64,000 nucleotides of DNA, taken from positions 254,156-318,155 of the forward strand of contig MU004194.1 in assembly GCA_010093605.1 (NCBI GenBank), written 5' to 3'. The DNA is from Lophium mytilinum (taxonomy: Eukaryota). The notes beneath the pieces are model-generated. The model did no database searches and was not told the DNA's origin. It worked only from the letters and a program-made list of their open reading frames with translations. Below are positions 13,403-26,925 of this stretch, piece after piece (positions within the stretch are counted from its first letter, which is position 1; every line of letters begins with the position of its first letter). The translations under genes and the position numbers were made by a program.

Positions 13403-15292
13403 ATGGCTTCCAACACCCCATTCAGGCGCTCGAGCAGACTCGCATCAGCAACCCCGGCTCCAGCGAGGTCGGGAGCTGGTTCCACGGCTGGCTCCGTGAA
13501 CCAGAGCATCGCAGGCAGCAGAGCGACCCCGGGTCGCACCACCGGGGGGCGGGCTGGCCAACTGCCAAAGGTGGCAGTGAACCGCTCACACGCGTACGGA
13601 TCTGCGGGCCATGCCCGCCACGCGGAGGACATTGCTCCTCCGACGACCTCGTTCGACCAAGCCTTCGCGGCACACCGTACTTCGGCCATCGAACGTGACG
13701 TCTCTGCGGAGGGTTCGAGCTCCTCCAGTGCTTCCTCGAGGAGCCCCCAGCGCAGCCAGATCGACGGCCGGCGCAGCCAGATTCGCGAGCTGTCGCCAAC
13801 CCAGTCCGATCTCGCCACCCCTTTCGAGCAAACAACGCTCATTGACTCTTCAAAGAGTTTCGGTGTCATTCACGAGGCTGGCCTACACGCAGAGGCCAGC
13901 AATGGCACCATTCACGACCGCCATAGCCCAGCTTCTGACACGACGTCTCGAGCTGAAGCCACCCCTTCCTTCCCTCGCGTAGTCCTACGTGTCATCAAGA
14001 ACAACTGGCTCGACGTCCTCAAGGCTGTGGTTATGTTTGTCGGCTTCCTCTCCTTCGTCACCTTCTTCTACCACCTCGTCACCTCTACTTCCATCAAATC
14101 CAGCCCTATCACAGGCGCTGGTGACGCTGTGAGCTCTCAGCTCACCAGCACGTGGGACTACGTCAAAAATAGCGTCTCTTTCGGCTCTTCCGGTTCCTCG
14201 GACCTCTACCCCAGGGTCGTCAGTCTTGAGGGTACCGTCCACGACATCCAGCAACACCTCCCAGACCACGTCGTCGTGCAAGTCGATCAATCCACCGGCA
14301 AGCCTGTCATCAGCGATACCTTCTGGCGAGCTCTTCGCAGCAAGTTCTCACAGAAGGGCTTGTTCAACGTCGCCGACAAAGATATCGAATGGAAGGAATT
14401 CCTCGTCAACAACGCCCGGAAAATCGAGACTGCTATTGGCAACGACCGCAAGAAACTCCTGGCACACTTCGACAACACCTTCGTCTTGGCACGAAAGCAC
14501 CACCAGGTGTTGACCCGGGACGAGTTCGCGGAGCTAATGCAGAAAGACTACCTGGCGATGTCCGCTCGAGTTGAGCAGGAGGTCGAGCGAGTAGCTAAGC
14601 AGATCGGTACCGTCGCGATTCGCCAACAAATCAGACTCGAGTCTCTCGCCTACGCAAATCTTCTCTTCAACAGCGAACTCTCTCTTAAGACTGTCAACTT
14701 CTTCTCCCCAGGACTCGGTGCGAAAATCAACCCACGTCTCACCTCGCCCACTTTGTCGAAGGACATCACTTGGAAAGCTGCCGCCTTCAAGCTATTCTTC
14801 TGGGCACCCCCACGCAACGCACCCATGACTGCTCTCGAGCGTTGGGAAGAGGCGTCCGACTGTTGGTGCACGGCAGCCAGCTCCACCAAGCAGTCCCAAC
14901 TAGCAGTCCAGATGGCGCTCCCGATCTTTCCCACCAGAGTCACTATTGAGAACATCCCGAAGGAGGGTACCCTCAACTGGAAATCGGCACCGAAGGATGT
15001 TGAACTGTGGGTCGAGATTGACGATCCTGACAAACGTGAAGCAGTCGAGATCTCGTTCAACGAGCTTCATAAGCCTTGCCGGGGATCTGGTCCAGGATCA
15101 AAGTATGTCTGCATCGGCAGCATGATGTACGATATTCACGGCCCAAACCACGTTCAGACCTTCGACCTGGAACTCGATCTCAAGGCTCATGACGTTGAAG
15201 TTAAGAACGCGATCGTTCGAGTGATCGAGACCTGGGGCAGCGATTACACTTGTGTCTATCGCATCCGCATGCATGGCGAGCATTTGGAATAG
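13403..15292 (+). CDS. SUN-domain inner nuclear membrane protein (Sad1/Mps3/UNC-84 family, LINC complex)
   Basis: Single 629 aa ORF: disordered N-terminus, one TM (LKAVVMFVGFLSFVTFFYHLV), coiled coil, SUN domain (NFFSPGLGA, WEEASDCWC, SAPKDVELW, WGSDYTCVYRIRMHG). Confidence 0.88.
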   Translation: MASNTPFRRSSRLASATPAPARSGAGSTAGSVNQSIAGSRATPGRTTGGRAGQLPKVAVNRSHAYGSAGHARHAEDIAPPTTSFDQAFAAHRTSAIERDVSAEGSSSSSASSRSPQRSQIDGRRSQIRELSPTQSDLATPFEQTTLIDSSKSFGVIHEAGLHAEASNGTIHDRHSPASDTTSRAEATPSFPRVVLRVIKNNWLDVLKAVVMFVGFLSFVTFFYHLVTSTSIKSSPITGAGDAVSSQLTSTWDYVKNSVSFGSSGSSDLYPRVVSLEGTVHDIQQHLPDHVVVQVDQSTGKPVISDTFWRALRSKFSQKGLFNVADKDIEWKEFLVNNARKIETAIGNDRKKLLAHFDNTFVLARKHHQVLTRDEFAELMQKDYLAMSARVEQEVERVAKQIGTVAIRQQIRLESLAYANLLFNSELSLKTVNFFSPGLGAKINPRLTSPTLSKDITWKAAAFKLFFWAPPRNAPMTALERWEEASDCWCTAASSTKQSQLAVQMALPIFPTRVTIENIPKEGTLNWKSAPKDVELWVEIDDPDKREAVEISFNELHKPCRGSGPGSKYVCIGSMMYDIHGPNHVQTFDLELDLKAHDVEVKNAIVRVIETWGSDYTCVYRIRMHGEHLE

Positions 15293-15998
15293 GTGGAAAG
15301 AGTATGATGTTCCACATGCTTTTGGTTTCTTATTGGTTTTTTACTCTTGGTGGCATTTGCGTTCATTGGGATGATCTGGGTTTGTCTTGTATCCGCGGAG
15401 GCCATTGTCGATACCCTTTTCTCTTCCGCAGCTTGCATGGAAGGTGTTCGGTCTAGGGTCATTGTTTTCTTCTCTATATTCTCTCTCCTGCGATAAGATA
15501 CCCATGGAGTGTGTCTATTTCGCTCTCGGCGACGCCAGATCATATCTGTTGTCCTAGCTTCATTAAATCATTGGCGGCCTTTACTTTTGAGGAGCCTCAT
15601 ACTAGCATAGTTATTACCTGGTCAGGAATCGAAAAAGCGTTTGATTGAAGTCTTCGATCTCTCCTCTTGACTTAACAGTGACAGCGCGATAATCCACGGA
15701 TACTCTCAATTGCCTGAAGTCTCCACGTCTGAAGACTTCTGGTTCACAACTACGATCTTGAATTTTCACACCACAAACAAAAATTGATGCACAGCCTAAT
15801 GCTCTAGTACTATTTCGAGCTGGGCACTGTGTGTTTGTCACTGCCTGGGCTTGGCTGTCGTCAGACCGCTGCTGCCTCCTACCCCGCGACTTTCGCGGTA
15901 CATATGAACCGACGCGCTTCCATCCCTGGAGTCATACACTGCGCGCACTTCTCTACTCTTCATCTAACTAATTCACTGCCCCTTCCAGCTCCATCAAA

Positions 15999-16878
15999 AT
16001 GTCAGAATCAGGGAACCCAGATGTGCCTCAGAACAGGAAGAGGTTCGTTCCGCTTGGTGTGTTGTAACCCTCCTTGCGCTTCCTGCCCCAGAGTACGCAT
16101 GTATTAACGTGTGTTGCACAGAGAACAACCCTGAAGTCATGTCCGCGCTGGTGCACAAGCTAGGACTATCCGAAAAACTTGCCTTCCATGATGTCTTCAG
16201 TATCGACGATCCCGACTTGCTCGCCTTTGTCCCCCGACCTGCCTACGCCCTCTTATTGATCTTCCCGGTCAGCGACACATACGAGAATTTCCGCGTACAA
16301 GAGGACAAGGAGAAGACAGTGTACGATGGCAGTGGTCCCAATGAAGAGGTCATCTGGTACAAGCAAACCATTGGCAATGCTTGCGGTCTGATCGGACTAC
16401 TTCACGGGGTTTCCAACGGAGAAGCTCGCACCCATATTGGTTCGTTGAAACACTCAAACCTCCTGTATACTATCTTGGTCACTAATATCTCCCAGGACCT
16501 GAATCGAGCTTGGAAAAGTTGATCCAGGACGCTATCCCTCTCAAACCAGCCGAACGCGCTGATCTCCTCTACGAGTCCCAAACCCTAGAAAGTGCCCACC
16601 AAGCCGCTGCCGCCACCGGGGATACTGCTGCGCCTGCTGCAGAGGAGAAGGTTGACCTACACTACGTTTGTTTCGTCAAATCAAGAACCAACCATCTGTG
16701 GGAAATGGATGGTCGTCGCAAAGGTCCGCTCGATCGGGGCGAACTAGGTGCCGACCAAGACGTATTGAGCGAGAAGGCGTTGGATCTCGGTGTGCGCAGC
16801 TTCCTCAAGCGCGAGTCAGAAGCTGGGGGTGGAGATCTCCGATTCAGTCTCATAGTACTCTCACCGAGTCTGGAGTGA
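15999..16878 (+). CDS. YUH1: Ubiquitin C-terminal hydrolase, peptidase C12 (Yuh1/UCH-L3)
   Basis: RFVPL|ENNPEV; QTIGNACG (catalytic Cys); LHYVCFV (His); WEMDGRRKGP (Asp); two introns. Confidence 0.92.
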
Positions 16879-17682
16879 CGGGCGCATTGGACACTATCGG
16901 ATGGAGGGTTGCATTGGTCTGCATGGTCTGGCGTTATATCACAGTTCCCACGCTACTTGTCTCATCCTACTCGACAAAAAATCGAAGGTATAGACGCGCT
17001 CAGTCCAAGAATATGCTGCACTAACCTCAGATGGTTGCCATCCGCGCGGAAGCAGTGTGCCGTCCTAACCGCCATCCTCATGACTTCTCCGGATGCGCAG
17101 TGCTCCGCGAGTGACAATCGCCGAGCATAATCGAATGCAGATGAGACACCTTATGGCTCCGCGGCGCATCATCTTTGGCTATGTGTCTGGAATGCACAAT
17201 CCACGTGGAAAGCTGAGATAGACGCTGACCGAAACGCCCAACCCGTAAGAGCCCCAAAGCGATCTGAGTCGATGCTGCGAGCTTTCTAAGTGCAGAGCTA
17301 CATGGCACCCAGAAGTCTGGGTCAAATAGCAAGCCGTGATTGCAGACATAAGGTTTAGAATGGTTGGTTGTCTGAATTCAGGAAATGCTCTTTGTTGTCC
17401 TGTCTTACCGCATGCATGCACCGATTTCGTCTCTAGGTGAGCATGGTTGTTTGAAGCCGTGCAAGTGGGAAGCGTCCCCTCATTCCGAACTGCTTTAGTT
17501 TTCATCTGAGTCAATCTGCCATTCTCGGCAGCGTAATCTGTGCATCTCAAATCTTCAAATGGCTACTTCTACGCCCGTGTCGATTCCTCCGACTGTTCTT
17601 CCTGATCACGCAAGTTGAAAATGTGCTTTGGTCGTTACTGCATTAACTATCTTACACATGACTTACAATAGGAAGGCCCAAA

Positions 17683-20138
17683 ATGCCCGCCTTAAACACC
17701 TCAAGAACACCTCCTCATCCAACTACTCACGGTGGGCTCCCGGGGAGCTTACGCTTCTACCTCTTTACCTTCGCCCTAAGCGTCCTGAAACGATTCTCCT
17801 TCGACGACTTCGCTATACGCGATGGACCTTTGCTCCAAGGTGTTGATCTACAACACCGGGATCTTGACCCATCTCGCATCTTTAACATCTATGCTAAATT
17901 GATTGTCCAGTCCATCGCAGCGACCGCGGCCGCCATCAGTGTGGCAGCGACCCTTCTTGTACTCTATTGGTTTTGTCGGATGCACAAGCGATTTCGGCAT
18001 AGGTACACTCCCAGACTCCCTGTCCTCAGTCATCGTTAACCCAGACGGAAATGCAGACTTATCATGCTGCTGATCTTTGGTGATCTGATGAAGTCAGCGT
18101 GGTACTTCATATTCGCAATTGCGAGTTTCCGCCATAACGTGGATACGAAAACGCCTTTCTGCCAAGCCAGTGGATTCTTCATACAATATGGCACAGAGAC
18201 ATGTGGTTAGAATCTTCATCGGTTCTTATAGTTCAAGCATATCTTAACTATTGTGTCAGATTATGCGGTTCTCGTCATTGCAGTCCACAGCGCACTTCAG
18301 GTATTTCAGCCAGGCAGATCAGCCAGAACTGACGGTCTCTATCACTACCGCAAACTGATCTATCTGGGAGGCATCTCCATCCCTATCATCATGGCCGCCC
18401 TAGCATTCATCAATCCTACCGGCGGCTACATAGCCCAGGGCGCCTTTTGCACCCTTCCGTTGCGCCCATATTGGTACCGGCTTGCCTTGGCGTGGATACC
18501 GCGCTACCTAATTGCGATTATCATCATGGGCCTAGCCGCTGCCATATATACCGTCGTTGGCTTCGAGTTCCGACGCTTTGCGAGGACAACAGGAGACTCA
18601 ACCAGCTTTTCCGACTTTACAACAACGCCGAGAGCGTCGACCAATCTCGACAGTATCGACACGCCAGCAGCTAAGGTGCAGAATGTCAGCACATCTCCTC
18701 AAATCCGGCGAAACACGTATTGGGGCCCGGACACGCTGCATAGTCGTAGACCTTCGGTTGCGCTTTCCATTCCCGAAACCATATTATCTCAGCGCAGCTC
18801 AGCAGACTTCCAGAAGATGTCTACGGTGCCCTTCAGAATCGACGTTGGCGCTCAAACTGACGGATCTGATGTACGCCCATCCATCACAAGTTTAGGAACG
18901 GCAGACACGAGCATACTAGGTGAGTAAATTGAACAGGCAAAGACTCCCCGATGATATTTCAGCTAAACAAAACTCCAGGCGAGTCCAACGCACGTCGACC
19001 ATCTGTCGTCCGCATCGACCCCGACGCTATACACCCTTCGGACACCACCCCGCAGATAGCAGGCCATAGCATGACCGGACAGCGTGCCCGCATCCAGCGT
19101 CAAATCCGCCTCCAGTTCATCTACCCCCTCATATACGTTTGCATGTGGATCTTCCCCTTCACCCTACACTGCCTCCAGTACCAAGACCGCTACGCCCAAC
19201 ATCCACCGTTTGCCCTCTCCATCCTCGTTGTCCTATGCCTCACTTCAATGGGCACCGTCGACTGCCTCATCTTCTCTCTCCGCGAGCGCCCATGGCGCCA
19301 CATGCCGCGCTCCGATCATACCTTCTGGGGCAGCTTCGTCTGCTGGCACGGCAACCGCCACGGCGAGTACGCGCAGGGCTCCCGACAGGGCAGCCACGCC
19401 TCAGACGTCGATAGCCGTCGCTCGAGCGCGAATGCAGGCGGTGCGGTTCACCCCACAGCTGAGAGTTCTCGTCGAGTATCTGTTTTCATTCCACGCGCCA
19501 GTACAGCTCCAACGGCCATTCTGCCCGGTCGGACCTTCTCGAGATATAGCATTAGACCGCCTAAGCTGTTGAGTGGGCCGACGGAGCAGGAGAAGAACGC
19601 GGCTGAGATGGCGCGGGAGCGGCTCAGAGTTGAGCAGGAAGATCGGAGGCAGGCCAGGATTAGGGCTAATGAGAAGGCTGCCATAGCTGCGGCGGCTGCG
19701 GTGGAGAGGGTTGCTCTAGCTGAAGAAGAGAAAAAGGAGTGCGCGGGCGGAGGCGTGTGTTCGCAGTCGACAGGAAACGGCCGACTGGATCTGGAGGAGA
19801 TCAGTGCCGATGAAAAGGCCACGACCGGGGTGGCTGATAGAGCAGCTCTATCAAAGCAAGAACAAGAGAGGGACACGAGTGGAAGCTTGTATTCGCAATC
19901 GACAGGTGGCGTTCAACTGGATTTGGAGCAGATCGAAGCTGACGAAGAAACGATGGCGACAGTAATGGCAGGGCACACAGCTTTAGCATCCTACGCGCAA
20001 GAGGAGGAGACAAGTGGAAGTTCGTATTCGCAGTCAACGGGTGGAAACCCACGGATTGTGGAGCTGGGGGATACTACGGATGGCGGTGACAGCGGTAATG
20101 AGACAAGCAGTATGCCAGAGAAATTTGAGGAGGTGTAA
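17683..20138 (+). CDS. Git3/Gpr1-family carbon-sensing G protein-coupled receptor
   Basis: LYWFCRMHKRFRHR|LIMLL; FCQASGFFIQYG; GAFCTLPLRPYWYRLALAWIPRY; C-terminal RQIRLQFIYPLIYVCMWIFPF...GTVDCLIFSLRERPW; three introns. Confidence 0.85.
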
Positions 20139-20299
20139 TACACGGGCGATTGGTCAGTGGTAGTCTTGGTAATCGATGCGCTTTCCTCATTCCTCATCAC
20201 AAGGCGTCATGGAGAAGCTTCGAGTTGGTTTTCGGTTGTTCTCTATTGTAGCCCTCTATACCTTAATCCATTTCGGTTCCGTCATACCTTAACCTCCTA

Positions 20300-21455
20300 C
20301 TACGCCTTTGGTATTTTGCCTTCCTTCAGCGGCTGGAAGATTTCCGTCCACAGCTCGCTGGCTTCGCCTAGGTGATACGTCAAGCTCACGTCTGCCATCC
20401 CGACCTCCTCATCCATTTTGTCACCGAGAGTCTCCAACTGGCTGATGATATTATCGAGTCCGAGGGCCTTCCCTGTTGCTTGCGTGCTACCAGCTTCAAG
20501 TGACACATGCACGATATGGATGTGGAAGTGGTAGTAAGTAGGTTGATCTGCGTACCGCCATATCAGTGATCCCACGTGCCCATTTTAAGAGTTCATCGGG
20601 AACAATGGGTACTTACAGTGCACATAAAGCTTCAGCTGATCTTTCTCGAGCTCTGGATACAGCTTCACCGCCGCATCGAGCAACTTCTCGCGCATATGCT
20701 TGACCCACGTGATATGTTTCTTCTTCAGGTCGCGAACGGACCAGATCTCACGGCGCTCAACAAGACCAAGGAGATGCAGACTAGATATCGTTTTGCGGTC
20801 CCAATTCCTGAATGGCGCGCGTCAGCATCAGATTCACAACCTTGATCGCGCTCGGCTCACTCACAGATCTGGCAACAGCAGAAAGCCTTCCTCGCCGTGC
20901 TCCCGATAGATTACCTGCTCCTGTTCCGTGCGTCCTTCGATGATGTTGAACACCCAATTGAGCCTACCTTCCTCCCGCTTCCGCTGCATATACGGCCGTA
21001 CGTGAGCGGCGTAGATCTCAGGTGTCTCTGTCACCATGCGCATGCCCTGCTGCGAATACTTCTTGATGTGTGTCTCCGTGCACGGGTAGATGAGACTCAG
21101 CTTTAGATCTGGGGGTTGTGAGGCGGCTTTCGAGTTAGAGGATGAGCCTGAGGAGGCGAGGAACCAGCTATAGATGTCATTGGCGCCGAGGTTGGTGATA
21201 TTGGCAAGAGATGAGGCGAGGGCTGTGAGATGGTCTGAGTCGGAGGCAAAGGCGGCACGCTCGACGAGGAGGATGGCGGGCTCGGAGGCGATGTTGCCGT
21301 AGAGGACGATACGGCGGCCGGCCTGATCTGGTGCTGGCTGTTAGGCACGTGTTTGAGATCTTTGAAGATCGAGTGTTACCTTGGTTGAGCAGCTTTTCGA
21401 ACCGAAACTGGGGAATCCAGGTTTCTGCCACCTCAGCCAGAATTACCACCGCCAT
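20300..21455 (-). CDS. DCS1: Scavenger mRNA decapping enzyme DcpS (HIT family)
   Basis: PQFRFEKLLNQ; LIYPCTETHIKKYSQQ; RLNWVFNIIEGRTE; LLLPDL|NWDRK; YVHY|QPTYYHFHIHIVH HIT motif. Confidence 0.92.
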
Positions 21456-22384
21456 TTCCTTGGCTGGAGTGCTCTGGTTCAACAAGTGATTAGTTTCTAA
21501 GATTTGTAAGAGCCTGACAGAGGACTTCGAAGTATGAACGCGATATTAAGATGAATCCTGAACATTCTTCAACGCGCTAAAGGCGTCTTATCGGAACTCA
21601 ATGACATTGAAGCTGACCAACATCGCTAAGGAGTTGGGGCCATCGTTGACTCTGGAACTCTTTGGGAGATGGAAAAAGACAGCCTTTCAGATCTACATTC
21701 GTAGATAAGGTTACAGACTTGACATGGAGAGGGAATTGAGAGGTGTGCTGGCGAGAGTGGTTGCGAAAGTTGTGCTGGGAGTGGAAGTACTATATGTCCG
21801 TGAAGTTGAAAGAAGAGTGAGAGCAGCTTATCCTTACTCAAATGTACTTTCGATATTATAAAGAAAACCCTTGCGGGAAATTGGGCGATTAACGTCTTAC
21901 TTAGGAAGAAGGTTGTTGGTGCGAAACCGGTGTCCCTCACTTTCTATGGCGGTACATGAAATACCCTACTGGGCACATTTCATCACGCTCTGCCTCCACG
22001 AACCTCACGCGTCCTTCGAACACTCCACGCTGAGCATGAAAACAGTGGCACATCTCTCAAACAGCCTGTCTCGTGCACACTTGCTCGCCACTGCTTGTAG
22101 TGCCCTACTGAGTTTTCACATGGTCTAAATTGAACAGTACGCATGCATCACGTCTTGTTTGAAACGGGAGTGCCACCTTTTTTATGCCTCGCGTGCACTC
22201 AGAAGTTGATCTAAATGAGATAGCTCCCGTCACCTCGTTCCTGTGTCCAGCATGTAGGCTCGTCCTCGGTATGGGGTTACGTGCAGACCTTCCGGCGAGT
22301 GCTAGTCTACGCTATGATATTCTATCTAGAAAACTTTCCTCTATTTTCCATGGCCACAATACCTTCTCTAATCCTCTTCTTCTT

Positions 22385-24317
22385 TCACCAGCCAAACGTT
22401 TCGGTATGTAATGAGACGAGCTCTGACTCTCCTCTCATCACCCTACTTTGCAGTGCCGCTGCAGTATTGGATAGATCAATCCTCATACTTTCCGGTCCAC
22501 AGCCTTTTATACTAATTAGTATTGTAGCCTTCTTGGAGTATGTTGTGCAGCTCTTACCTAGAATCACAACACGGCGACCAGCGACCAAGCACGGCAGTAG
22601 AGTACCCAATAAAGGTCTACCTTTATGAGAAGTGCTCAAATCGGTTGTTGATGGCGAAGAAGAAGTCGGCACCCCCTCATTCTTAACGTCGGCGTCAATG
22701 GCTCTATCAAGCGAATTCCGCTCTCCGCGTGTCTGAACCTCGCCTTTCTCGGTGACAAAGAAGCTCAGCTGGAGACCTCCCTCAGGCACAATGTCCTGAA
22801 GCGCTCGTAGCTCTTCAGAGATCCATTGCAGATGTTCTCCCTCGCGAACAACCCACACGAGAGTCATGGTTCGTACGTTCGCAACGCCTTGTGCCATTGA
22901 TCTACCAATTTGCAACATCCAAGGTAGGCATGCAGTAATGCCGCCGCCGCCAGCCACAAATATCGCCGAGTCATACTGGACGGGTATGTTCTCAGCGACG
23001 TCGCCGTACGGACCATCCACCCAAATTGTAAAGGGTTTTAGGTCGATATCGCTCTTCGTGGCAGCAAAAAGCTGGTTAGTCAGTCCACGATATGACCTCA
23101 CGTAAAAGGTCAATATCTGGCCATCGACTGCTTCCTGTTCAGTCGTAACCTGGGGGATTGACGCAATTGTGAAGGGATGATTCTGAAGTTTCGCTATGTT
23201 AGGGAAGCGCAAGAAGCAATGCTGGCCAGCGGTCCAGTGGAAGTCCCTCGGAGCAAATACTTCGACTCGAGTCATGTCACTTCCCACAGCCTTGATAGTC
23301 GCAGGCCACCCGCTCAGCCACTGTCTCTGGATGTTCATTTGCTGGCTCTTCACGAAGACGCGAGCAAGAATTGACACCCCCCATATCGCCAGAGTGGCCC
23401 ATAGATATGCCCACGAGTCCAATTCTTGAGCCGCGTGCCAGAACATGAGTCCCAGATATACGATTGCTAGTCCAAGGTGAAACTTGTAGAAGAAGTTGTA
23501 GAAGTATTGGCGGATGTAAGGTATCGAGAACAGGACAATGGCAACGAGTATGACGAAGGGTGGGGTGCCGGTGTACTATATCTTCATGAGTATTAAACCC
23601 CTCTTTGAGTTTCAAGTCAAACTGGCTTACCTCCAGACCGCCGGTTTTGTAGTACTGCACGTGCAAAGCTTTGGCACCTCCATCCTTCAACGGCGCCACT
23701 ATGAATGGCACCGTGTGCACGATGCTCAGGAACAAGCACATGTAGGACGCCCACCTATGCACAACATTCAACTTCTCATGGCTGATTCCCGTCATTAGCG
23801 TGATGATGTTCGCCTTCCCTGCCAAAGCGACGATGATTGGCGTCAGAGCTATCGCCATCAGTCCAGTTCTGACCGCCAAAGGAGGCGACCCAAAACCTCG
23901 ATGGAGGCGATAGTACGGGCGCTCCGCGAACGTCAATATAACCAAGAAAGCCACCATTAACAGCAAGAATGCGAGCATCCCAAACGAAGGTAGCCCAAGT
24001 GCATCGCCAATGCGGCCTGAGAAACGCCGGTAGTGCAATGAGCGTGCAAATGCGAGCGCTTTGTATCGTATCGAGACGGGATCATTGCGAAGACCTGGCT
24101 TATGAGGGTATTGGTTTCGTATCAGACGATAAACGTATATGAGCGTCGAGAGTCCCAGGATGATGATGTAGTACCAGGTCGTCCAATGGCCATATTCGAA
24201 CTGGGAAGCCCATGATATCTGCGCCTGCGAAGCTTTATGGCCGGCTTTGTAGGCTAGGCAGGTATCATTGGCGCAGAGCGGGTCCGCGAGGGGGAGATTG
24301 GTGATATTGACTGCCAT
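22385..24317 (-). CDS. Ferric/cupric reductase transmembrane component (FRE family)
   Basis: HEKLNVVHRW heme His; FAD motif HPFTIAS; VDGPYG; NADPH motif VAGGGGIT; CGP; terminal HTETFGW; two introns. Confidence 0.9.
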
Positions 24318-25143
24318 GAGGAACGAACGCACTCAATTTGAGTCACAAGTCCGCAAAATCGAGAAACAGAAAAGACGAGCGCTGTGGAACATTATAAAGG
24401 AGCCAATTACTTGAAGCTTGATTGGATTTTCTCAGGCGCCGTACCTTGATGCATTAGGGCTAATATCTGGCCCACAAAAGAAAACTCTCACCGTACGATT
24501 CGGCCTCATATTCCGAGACATAGCTCGTGACTTTAGACATATTTCGACAGTTGGTGTAGAGGAAGCATGACTAATATGCTCAATTGAGCTCAACCTTGGA
24601 AGCTTTCCTCGCAGATCCTGTCACGCCGCATGGATTGAATGCCCTGGTTGTCGGTAGTCGCGTTGTTTCATGAGGGCATATTGTATGTGAACAAGGGAAG
24701 TGACTCGCGAGCAAGAAGGGCGGAAGTAACCACGCGGAGTGGGTTGCATTCGCAAGGGAATTTGAGAGTGTTAATCCAGATTGGTGTAGATAGCACGCTT
24801 TTGCAAGATATAATACATATGGATCTATTCAACACCAGCAGAAAAGCAACAGATAAGTATTTCAGGGTCCAGTAACACGATGCAGAAGAAAGTGGAGTAT
24901 CTAAGACGTGCCTTTGCAAGAAACGAAGTCGAGAAAACCCACGTGCCATCGTGCCTTCGCGTCACCCCTTCTCGCTTCCTCCAACTAGCGCGCCGCCACC
25001 TTTTCCCCATGGCAACGACATCACCACCTCGTCCCATCCCTGCGCCTATCCATCTCCAACATCTCTCCATTCATCCCCCACCCACGCCCTCGCTACTATA
25101 CCAAAAATCTCCAAACCAATTCCCCCTCCACTCAATCCCAACC

Positions 25144-25811
25144 ATGCCCCCCAAACGTTCCACGGGCCCTAAAGCCAGCGCCGCGCAATCCACCCTCGCC
25201 TTCCACGGCACCACCAACAGAGTCACCAAGCCCACCACCTTCCCGCGCAGCGCCAAGTCGCACGACAAAATCGACGACATCCTCCACGCCTCGAAACCCG
25301 ATCCCGCGACCACCGACATCGCGCCCGCCGAAGAAGAAGCAGCCATCATCCCGCCCCCCGCCCTCGCCGAACCCACCGCCCCCGTCAAGCCCGCAAAACA
25401 ACTCGACGCCGAAGCCGCAGCGCGCAAAGTCTCCGAGGCGCGGATAAAGAAGTACTGGGCGGCGAAGGAGAAGGCACGGCTGGCGCCGCGGGCGCATCAG
25501 GAGGAGCTGGGCTTGCACGAGAAGGTGTTGCGGGAGTGGGATATGTGTGGCGTGTATGGGGTACGAAATCCACCTCCTCTGTGACTTCGGTGTTATATTT
25601 TTGAAGAGGGAAATATGCTAACGTCTGCGGATTGTAGCCGGCGATCGGCAACTCGCGCCTAAAGCGCTGGAATCGCGCGAATCGGCTGAACTTGCACCCG
25701 CCTATCGAGGTCCTGGCGGTGCTGCTTATGGAGCAGGATGAGGGAAATGCTGGGGCGCAGCGGGCGCATGTGGACGAGCTGATGACGTCGCGGTTCGTGG
25801 TTGAGGCGTGA
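25144..25811 (+). CDS. POLD4: DNA polymerase delta subunit 4 (p12/Cdm1)
   Basis: QSTLAF PIP-like motif; LHEKVLREWDMCGVYG|PAIGNSRLKRWNRANRLNLHPPIEVLAVL; intron 25561-25638. Confidence 0.88.
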
Positions 25812-26925
25812 TTGGTATAGCGGGTACTCTCTTTCTTAGGGTCACACCTGGCGTTTCAATTTCTAAACTTGGTGTCCTATTGTCCTCGCAGATTCTGCGA
25901 ATTTTATACTGAGTCATGGAGTTGGGCGTTTGAGCAGGGGAACTGATCTTAGCCATCTAAAAGACGATTTGTATGGGTGGATAGCAGGCCTGTAGCTTAG
26001 TGATATGCTGAGTCTCACCGCACAAATCAAGCATCCATTGACCCCGTCTTCACAGCACCGATTTCGACTCCTGGAAAACATCATGCCATATCTACGCTAC
26101 ACTCAATGCTCACCCGTCGCCCGCTCGCAGCCGTACCAGCAAGGAGCAGCTCCAAGCGGGCTTCGAGATCCTTATGTGCTACACATGTGCCAATTAAACT
26201 CCCCATCATCGGCATCTGTGTCAGCCATAGCACCTAGCACCCTAAAGAAAACCCCCAACACCAACGCCAGAATCTCGATCCCAGTCTCATAAAGAAAGAG
26301 TAGAAGCAGTAGTCCCACACACGCGCTAGTGGACACAGTCGTCCCAGAAGAAATTAGGAGTGCAGAGCAAAGAGAACTTCTCGTCCCGAGAAGTATCCCC
26401 GTCCCTAAGCCCCAGGCCAATTCCAGGCACGCCGGCCACAAAGAAGAGAAAAGGGTGGTAAAAACATACACACATAGAACGAACAACTGGATGCATCCAG
26501 GATTCAGAACCCCTGGTCCACGTATTACAAATGCGAGTCGCCGCATTCGCCGTCGAGATCGATTTCGATCCCGCTCGAGAAAATCTCATGGGTCCAGCCG
26601 AGATGGAAAACCAGAACATCGTGTCGAAGGCTCGAATGGCCATAAAACGCCCGAAAATCCAGGAAAAGAAAGCCATGTCCAGCCTAAGAAGCCCAAGGAA
26701 AGAAATTCATGAAAAGCGCCTGATTTCGTATGGCGCCGTGCGTTAAAATCCCATGCCGTCGTGTCGTCAATAAGTTTCAGTCGTAGAAGCGTCAAAAGAG
26801 GTCGTATAGGTTCGGAGATATGCGTGTGCGTAGCTCGCACACGCGAGTAGGTAGAGAGGGGAGGTATTCGAAGTGGGAGCTGGCAAGCCCGAGAGAGCTG
26901 CTGGCCCGTCCCATCGCCGCTCTTT

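Noticed and set aside
16876..17130. Possible stop-codon readthrough of YUH1 (TGA CGG followed by a long open frame)
   Set aside because: Not the TGA-CTA motif typical of fungal readthrough, and the extension has no targeting signal (ends RRA).
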